DNA of 64,000 nucleotides, from contig CAXXMD010000003.1 of NCBI GenBank assembly GCA_963675755.2, positions 1,504,001 to 1,568,000 of the forward strand, given 5' to 3'. Shown here piece after piece: positions 58,042 to 64,000 of this stretch. Each line of letters starts with the position of its first letter. Position 1 is the stretch's first letter. The DNA comes from a bacterium. GTDB taxonomy: Bacteria > Zhuqueibacterota > Zhuqueibacteria > Residuimicrobiales > Krinioviventaceae. The translations under genes and the position numbers were made by a program. Below the pieces are notes generated by a model. The model had not been told where the DNA came from, did no database searches, and saw only the letters and a list, made by a program, of their open reading frames with translations.

Positions 58042-59103
58042 TTAGATTAAAATATTACGTGCATAGTTAACACATGTCCTGGTTTCTTTGACAGAATTTG
58101 ACCAGGCAGCGATTCTGTATTCCAGTTCAATATCACAATAGATTTGGGGGTATTTGTTTTTGATCAATAACAATATTTCTTCCAGTGGTGTATCACCCTG
58201 TCCCCAAACCTGGTTTGCATTGGGTGGTTCTGTATTGAGACCGGTTTTATCTTTGATGTGCAAACTGTAAATCCGATCATGATATTTTTCAATAAAATCA
58301 CAGGGATTAAGTCCGGTTGAACCCCAATAGTGGCCAACATCAAAATTCAGCATAATACCAGGTGAAACGGCAAGAATGTCATCTACGTTGAAACCTTCTT
58401 CTGCATATTGATAATGATTATGCATGACAGCATACAAACCGTATTTTTCAGCAATCGGGCCCATTTTTTTGGCGGTTTCCAGTCTCATTTCTTCCGTGAT
58501 TCCCATTACATTCATGGCTTTGTTAGCTTTGAATGCATAGTCAATTTCTTCCGGTGACCAGCTAGCTGGTGTCCATTTCATAAGATGAATGTTTACTCCG
58601 GCATCCCGATACATTTGTGCAAGTTCAGCAAATTTATCCATAGGAGCGGATAAACGCCACTGTTTTAAGGCTTCTCTTGAATCTGCGGCCTGTTTTTCAA
58701 GCTCTGCATATTCTTCTTCGGTCAAATCCCGTTCTTGTTGCGCTCTGTACCGTTCATATCCTCTTTGCCCGGGTCTTGGTGGGGCACTTTTTAATTTGGG
58801 TGCGCCACAAAATTCTTCAGCAAGGTTTGTCTGCCTGAATTCTATGGAACTTAGGCCTGCTTCAATACATGCTTTTAGCAGTTCGTCCACATTTGATGGA
58901 TTGATTCCACGAATACTATAAGTTGAGGCGCCTATCTGTACACCGCCAAATTTAGAGTTGGGTTTTCCGACACCGGTGGCCATTGGTGTTGGTTTGGAAG
59001 AACAACCTGTAGTCAATACACCCGCAGTCAAGACGGTTGCTGCGGTGCCTGCTCCAATAAATTGGCGTCTTGATACGTTACCTTTTCCCTTGTTTTTTTT
59101 CAT
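58042..59103 (-). CDS. Tat-exported sugar-phosphate isomerase/epimerase (xylose isomerase-like TIM barrel)
   Basis: SRRQFIG Tat motif; PNSKFGGVQIG..TYS, MHNH, NFDVGHY, LHIKD, WGQGDTP, DIELEY. Confidence 0.82.
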   Translation of the reverse strand: MKKNKGKGNVSRRQFIGAGTAATVLTAGVLTTGCSSKPTPMATGVGKPNSKFGGVQIGASTYSIRGINPSNVDELLKACIEAGLSSIEFRQTNLAEEFCGAPKLKSAPPRPGQRGYERYRAQQERDLTEEEYAELEKQAADSREALKQWRLSAPMDKFAELAQMYRDAGVNIHLMKWTPASWSPEEIDYAFKANKAMNVMGITEEMRLETAKKMGPIAEKYGLYAVMHNHYQYAEEGFNVDDILAVSPGIMLNFDVGHYWGSTGLNPCDFIEKYHDRIYSLHIKDKTGLNTEPPNANQVWGQGDTPLEEILLLIKNKYPQIYCDIELEYRIAAWSNSVKETRTCVNYARNILI

Positions 59104-59387
59104 ATTCGACCCTTTAAATTTGGATTGAAAATTATATTGAGATTAATTATGTTCGCATGGATGAAAAGTTTTATTTTTTAAAATACATATACTTTTTAAT
59201 ATATACAATATCTTGTCTCATCGCAATAAAATAAACATTTTTTCGCCAGGAGATTTTAATCACCGGTTGAGGTTTAATCCTATATGTTCTTTAAAGAGTT
59301 GCTATTATAAATGAGGCTGACTGCTTGATAACGGACGAATTTAAATCCCTGCGTCCTGGCTCAATGTCTAAATAAACTGAAATAAAC

Positions 59388-59418
59388 GATCGTGACGGAG
59401 ATTGTCTCCGTCATGATC
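59388..59418. repeat. 31-bp palindromic repeat A, copy 7
   Basis: GATCGTGACGGAGA-TTG-TCTCCGTCATGATC (one G-T pair). Confidence 0.9.
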
Positions 59419-59560
59419 AATCTTGTAAAACATGGTCTAGTTAATATCCTGACAAAATGAGAAATGTAAAATAACGGATCTGGAGAGTAATGATTGTGTT
59501 AACAGATTTTTTATAATTCATAGGTATCAACCCCGGCCACAAGAGCCGGGTTAGGGATTT

Positions 59561-60400
59561 TTATTTCTTTTTCATAAGCTTGTAATGAATATCAGCAAAG
59601 AGTTCATGTCCCACAGATTCCGAATGGCATGGTGTGCAATTCATCTTGCTGCTTATATTTGCCACTTTACCTTCTTTTCCATGACAGGTTATACATGTTG
59701 TAACGGGTTCGTTTGCATTCCCGGATGTCATAAAGTCATTGTTAAAAAATTGATTAAGCATGGTAACTGTCTGGTATACCACATCAGCGGTCAACCTGCG
59801 GCAGCGTTCCTTTTGTTCTTTAGATTTAATTGCATATCCACTTGTATTACTCCAGTTTGTGGTTGATGCATGGCAAAGTACAGAATTAGAGAGTGATGTA
59901 GGTGGAGTGAATTCCAGTAAAGGTTTAACCGGACTAAATTGAGGAAGCGGGGTTTTTTCGTACCATTGATACAAACTTTCTATCAGGTAGTCTTGATTGG
60001 GTTTGTCTTTTACTAACAAGCCAATAAGGGCGGCCGCTCCATTAAGTGCACCACACACCGTACCATATCCACCAATACCTCCATGTCCGTATTTCATCAT
60101 TTCGCAGGGGAAATTACTAAATGGCTCACCCACTTGATCAGCCAGTTTTGAGACAACACTTTTAAAGGTGGCGTACATACAGCTTCCCTTGTCATAGCTA
60201 TTATATGCCAGCTCGGCTGCAGCCAAAGGATCTAATTGACTATAGGGCCAGGAATGTTCTTCATCATTATGGGTCAATTTTTTGGGAGATTCTGCGGGAG
60301 AAACTTGAGGTTTAAAAGCAGTAGTGAGAGTGACCACACTAACAGCACCACCCCCTACAATCGCTCCGCTTAATATTTTAAATAATTTACGACGCTCCAT
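59561..60400 (-). CDS. C-GCAxxG-C-C family redox protein (split-Soret cytochrome-like) with C-terminal dihaem c domain
   Basis: ERRKLFK Tat-like signal; GSCMY, GTVCGALNG, VLCHAS, ERCRRLTADV; CITCH and CTPCH haem motifs. Confidence 0.8.
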   Translation of the reverse strand: MERRKLFKILSGAIVGGGAVSVVTLTTAFKPQVSPAESPKKLTHNDEEHSWPYSQLDPLAAAELAYNSYDKGSCMYATFKSVVSKLADQVGEPFSNFPCEMMKYGHGGIGGYGTVCGALNGAAALIGLLVKDKPNQDYLIESLYQWYEKTPLPQFSPVKPLLEFTPPTSLSNSVLCHASTTNWSNTSGYAIKSKEQKERCRRLTADVVYQTVTMLNQFFNNDFMTSGNANEPVTTCITCHGKEGKVANISSKMNCTPCHSESVGHELFADIHYKLMKKK

Positions 60401-60666
60401 GTTTGTACTCCAATATATTTTCTAATTAACTTTTTGGGTCCGGTTGACGCAGTTGTTTTGTGTATTTGATTGTTTTACATTGATAATATACGAATATTGA
60501 TTTGCAATTGTGCTTTTTTTTTCTGCAACAGACAGAGAAATTTTTTCGGGTTACTCTGAATATCTGAAATATGCTGGTCTTTTTTCCAGGAATGACCAAC
60601 CATACACCTGAAGAGGAGAGATTCCGGTCGATCTGTAAATTAAAATAGTTTGATTAAATGTATTCT

Positions 60667-61155
60667 CTAGATGAAGAAACGGTGAAATAAGACAATCCAT
60701 ATAAAAAGCCCAAGACCAAAGTTTGTGTGATTGATAAGATTGGTTCTTAAAATTTTTGATCGATGTGGTGATTTTGAAGCCATAAAACCCATACCGATAG
60801 CAGGAAGCATCCAAAACCAGGGAAAGCAAATTGTAGCAATTCCAAAAACCAGTGACATCCAAACAAATTCTTGAACCAGTGCCACGTTGAAAAAAAGTAT
60901 CAAATATACTCCGGCTAGTGCAATTCCGATTAGGTAATGAGATATCAGGCACCAAAGTTTTTCATTCTTTAATGCCGGGCTTTTGTTAATATCTTTATGA
61001 ACCAATTTGCCTTTAAATATGTAAAGGAACCATCTGCCAATAGCTTCCTGAGAAATAAATGGATAAATGAGTTTTCTTTTGGCAAACATTCCAGCCAAAA
61101 AATCCATAACGTATGTTGCAAATATCCCCATTAAAACAGCTTCAATAATAATCAA
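60667..61155 (-). CDS. DUF2938-like membrane protein
   Basis: GIFATYVMD, IGRW, HYLIG, PWFWMLPAIGMG..AS, H..FG.GL; TTG start. Confidence 0.75.
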   Translation of the reverse strand: MIIIEAVLMGIFATYVMDFLAGMFAKRKLIYPFISQEAIGRWFLYIFKGKLVHKDINKSPALKNEKLWCLISHYLIGIALAGVYLILFFNVALVQEFVWMSLVFGIATICFPWFWMLPAIGMGFMASKSPHRSKILRTNLINHTNFGLGLFIWIVLFHRFFI

Positions 61156-61184
61156 CAGTGGGTCTCCAATGTTATTTTATTTAT

Positions 61185-61964
61185 TCATTCATGGGACATC
61201 ATCATACACCGGTATTCTTTCATTTTTACAAATCCCAGCTTTTCGGCGAGTCGAGTGGACTCTGCGTTCATGGCGTCCCAGTGGCATTCCAGGTTACGGC
61301 GTCCGCATTCTGCCAGCATCCGGCGGGCTACACGGGAGGCGATCCCATGACGACGATACCCCACATGGGTATCCACCTGGATCTCGATGCCGTTGCGGTA
61401 AAACGTATAGCAGCCAATGCCTCCAATTATTTTATTACCAATGGTTGCCGCAAATCCAAAGCCTTTTAAATCGTTTTCATTCATGTACATTGTATTGGCT
61501 ACCAGATCCATGGACCATTCTTCCGCGTGCATGGCAGCGGCGAGTTCGTTGTCAATGGGCTTGATTTCAACCGGCTGGCCTTCAAGGACCAATGGAGTTT
61601 CTTCTTGTATGCTCAAACCGGATTTTGACGCTTGTTCAGCTGTCATGGGATGAAAAGCCATTCTTGTATATGCTGTAATTTTTCCGGCATAGTATTTTTG
61701 AATGCCATCAAGCCAGGCTATGGGAGGATCATAAAGGTGTGCTTCCCGGATTTCGGCAATTTTATCATAAATTTCTTTATTGAATTCCCCTAATAGTTCA
61801 ACAAAGTCTCCCACAATAACCGCAGAGCCGGGAGCGTTGATAAAAGCTTTACCATACATACCATCTATAAAGGACTGGGATATCTGATGCCGGGGGAGAG
61901 GCAGATTGTTTTCAGAAAGGATAGCGATAAATTGATTTGCTTGATATGCTTCAAGGTGTATCAT
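61185..61964 (-). CDS. GNAT-family acetyltransferase
   Basis: GIEIQVDT..GYRRHGIAS acetyl-CoA loop; CHWDAMN..S.RLAEKLGF. Confidence 0.88.
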   Translation of the reverse strand: MIHLEAYQANQFIAILSENNLPLPRHQISQSFIDGMYGKAFINAPGSAVIVGDFVELLGEFNKEIYDKIAEIREAHLYDPPIAWLDGIQKYYAGKITAYTRMAFHPMTAEQASKSGLSIQEETPLVLEGQPVEIKPIDNELAAAMHAEEWSMDLVANTMYMNENDLKGFGFAATIGNKIIGGIGCYTFYRNGIEIQVDTHVGYRRHGIASRVARRMLAECGRRNLECHWDAMNAESTRLAEKLGFVKMKEYRCMMMSHE

Positions 61965-62032
61965 GATTTGTCCGGATTTTGTGATTGGGATAATTGAAAA
62001 TATTAAACCCGGATTAAAAAGTCAACAGGATT

Positions 62033-62063
62033 ATATCCCCCGTTACAACATGCCGGGGGATAT
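62033..62063. terminator. Hairpin downstream of the 62083 gene
   Basis: ATATCCCCCG-N11-CGGGGGATAT inverted repeat, 20 bp past the stop codon. Confidence 0.5.
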
Positions 62064-62082
62064 TATAAAAAGTGAAAAGGAA

Positions 62083-64000
62083 TCAATTCTCAAGCTGTTG
62101 AATCATTTCTTCAATCTCGTCCATTTCATTAAAAACCCGGTTATGGAGAAAATCCCAGGCACCGGTTTTCATATAAATGGAATCACGAAAATAATTTGTT
62201 GCGTTGACCATGCCCTCCATTTCAAAATCATCCGCAATGTTGGGTTTGGACAATGCCAGTTTTACCAGGCGTTTGTCAGATTCCAGAACAAGCTCGAGTT
62301 TTTTCCTCATTTTTTTTGTTTCCTGACGATGCTTATTCGAAAAGGCTTCAGCTAGTAATAATCTGGAGGTAAAAAACTCGGTAAAGAGTTGTGTACCGTG
62401 AACCATGTCGTTAAAAGCCGGCAGGGCTGTTGGAGTTACGTGGTCCCGATTGCTTTCCAGTAAAAAAAGTGCCTGCGCCATCATTTGGGAATGCTTTTCA
62501 ATGCGTTTTATGTTTTTTGCCAGTTCTTCCGGTTTTGCTGTTTTCAGGCTGTCCAGTCCAAACATCCAGGCCAAACGATAATAATCTTTATACAGTGTAA
62601 TTCCGTCGAAATCAACACAGAATTCTTTCCAGGCGTTTTGGTTCAACTCGAGGGATTTATAAATAGCTTCACTGGCATTGCCATAAGTGGATTCAAGATA
62701 ATTGTCAATCAGATCCTCAACCCGGGTTTGCAGGGGGGACCAGTTTAGCTTTGCCATTGCAAGGAAATTGGTCTCCGTGATCCAGCCAAAATCTTTTTCT
62801 GCTGAAACAATGCTGAATCCGCTGAAATTGGGAGCCTTGTCAGAAGCCGCATATTTTTTGACACCTTCCTGATAGGGGAGATATTGTACATTTCCAAATG
62901 GAGAGACCTCTTCACTGGGAAGGGCCTGGCTGATCAGAAAGCGGTTTCCGGTTTTCCGGATTTCGTCAAAATCCAGATTTGGCTCAGCAGTGGGTTCCCA
63001 GTCACGTCCCCATTTGGTCTGCAGAATTACATTGTCGGGCAGTTTATCCCAAAACTTCTGCGAACCGTGTAAAAACAAACGACCGCTTAACAGAATCTCT
63101 ATATTGGGTCTTTCTTTAATAGCTGCCTCTATAATTTCAAGCGTCAGCTTTTTTTGCAGTTCACCCTGTCTGCCCCGGCAATTATCACATTGACAGGGAA
63201 AAGACTCTCCCCACCAACGGATGTGAATTCCCGCGAGAGAGGGATAGGTGCGCAAGATGGCCCGGATTTGCGCGGTAAACACTTTAGTCAGTCTTCCGTC
63301 CGCATGGCAAAAAGACATGGCGCCGTTGTGGTGTTCGTCATTGCTGAGTACACCCACAAGATCGGGACGGTTTTTAGCTATAGTAGATGTGGCAGACCCG
63401 GTTAAATAGTTCATTAAATAAGGTTTCACTCCACGACTTGAAGCATATTTGAACAAGTCTTCTCGAACCTGTGCCGCTTTGATGATTTCGTCATTTGTGA
63501 ACTGACTCATTCCCTTTGTAGCGGGATCAACAGCAAGGTCCCACCAGTTTGTACCGGTACTGTACGGCCAGTTTGACAGGCGGTTGATTCTGTGCCTCGA
63601 GCACCAGTCACACCATGTTTTCCATGTATGAGCAGCATCCTTGAATCCCCCTTCATGGCCGCTGTAATAATTATTTTTTTCAGCAAGTACATCTGTATCA
63701 ATCAAATCCGCTACACCCATAGAGAAATTGGATAACTGAAAAAAGCGTAATGGATAAAAGGGTTTACTTTTTAATTGAACCTCCGGGAGGTTCTCAAATA
63801 ATTCAGCAGCCTGACCGGCAATGACAGGGAAATCGATATCGGCATGCTGATAATCATCAATATAGTCCGAGCTGTTTGAAATGACCCATTCTACAAGAGC
63901 TACGGAGCCATAGAGCAGCCCGGCTTCTGTAGCAGCCTTGATGTTTATATCGGCGGGAGATATATGCAACTGATAACCTTCATCTCCACAAGATTCCGGC
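62083..64000 (-). CDS. Putative glycoside hydrolase (GH20/GH67-type N-terminal domain plus TIM barrel); 5' end outside window
   Basis: Frame is open to the window edge (..PESCGDEGYQLHIS..I.A.TEAGLLYG); P.YPLR; W...DW..R.RIN; CQCDNC. Confidence 0.65.
   Translation of the reverse strand, partial: PESCGDEGYQLHISPADINIKAATEAGLLYGSVALVEWVISNSSDYIDDYQHADIDFPVIAGQAAELFENLPEVQLKSKPFYPLRFFQLSNFSMGVADLIDTDVLAEKNNYYSGHEGGFKDAAHTWKTWCDWCSRHRINRLSNWPYSTGTNWWDLAVDPATKGMSQFTNDEIIKAAQVREDLFKYASSRGVKPYLMNYLTGSATSTIAKNRPDLVGVLSNDEHHNGAMSFCHADGRLTKVFTAQIRAILRTYPSLAGIHIRWWGESFPCQCDNCRGRQGELQKKLTLEIIEAAIKERPNIEILLSGRLFLHGSQKFWDKLPDNVILQTKWGRDWEPTAEPNLDFDEIRKTGNRFLISQALPSEEVSPFGNVQYLPYQEGVKKYAASDKAPNFSGFSIVSAEKDFGWITETNFLAMAKLNWSPLQTRVEDLIDNYLESTYGNASEAIYKSLELNQNAWKEFCVDFDGITLYKDYYRLAWMFGLDSLKTAKPEELAKNIKRIEKHSQMMAQALFLLESNRDHVTPTALPAFNDMVHGTQLFTEFFTSRLLLAEAFSNKHRQETKKMRKKLELVLESDKRLVKLALSKPNIADDFEMEGMVNATNYFRDSIYMKTGAWDFLHNRVFNEMDEIEEMIQQLEN

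Noticed and set aside
48673-59418. Palindrome A series as a CRISPR array
   Set aside because: Copies are 0.9-3.8 kb apart with whole genes between them, not 30-40 bp spacers; no cas genes in the window.
60551-60955. 134-aa - strand ORF and + strand ORFs at 61067-61653
   Set aside because: Alternative or antisense frames over the DUF2938-like and GNAT genes.
63777-63793. GAACCTCCGGGAGGTTC, matching an arm of repeat B
   Set aside because: Lies in frame inside the glycoside hydrolase-like CDS (ENLPEVQ) as a single copy; probably coincidental.

Overview
AT-rich bacterial chromosomal DNA. Gene content (SurA/PPIase trio after mfd, DUF4159-DUF4175 pair, PorV-like barrel, T9SS-type C-terminal sorting domain, FISUMP protein) suggests an FCB-group organism such as KSB1, Calditrichota or Ignavibacteria; this is inference. 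Positions 1-48582 are a densely packed, all + strand core region: mfd (partial), PPIases, ftsEX, hrcA-grpE-dnaJ, comEA/pilM-like genes, rsmD, coaD, pta, an aminotransferase, obgE, dprA, two tRNA-Ser, gltX and tRNA-Gln. Inside it lies an ~18 kb locus (26339-44165): a small secreted protein, a 3161-aa Ig-repeat protein with a T9SS-like CTD, a PorV-like/TPR fusion, a 1665-aa membrane RsbW-kinase/HAMP/PP2C-phosphatase with IS481-like HTHs, a long acidic tract and TPRs, and a STAS protein carrying a gaplessly alignable copy of the same HTH. After tRNA-Gln (48583-64000) is an accessory region of unrelated, mostly - strand genes. Its spacers are built from recurring modules: a duplicated tRNA-Gln 3' half, copies of its terminator, seven copies of a 31-bp palindrome (GATCGTGACGGAGATnATCTCCGTCACGATC) and three further short hairpin families. 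No integrase or transposase is present in the window. All calls come from reading motifs by eye; no searches were run.
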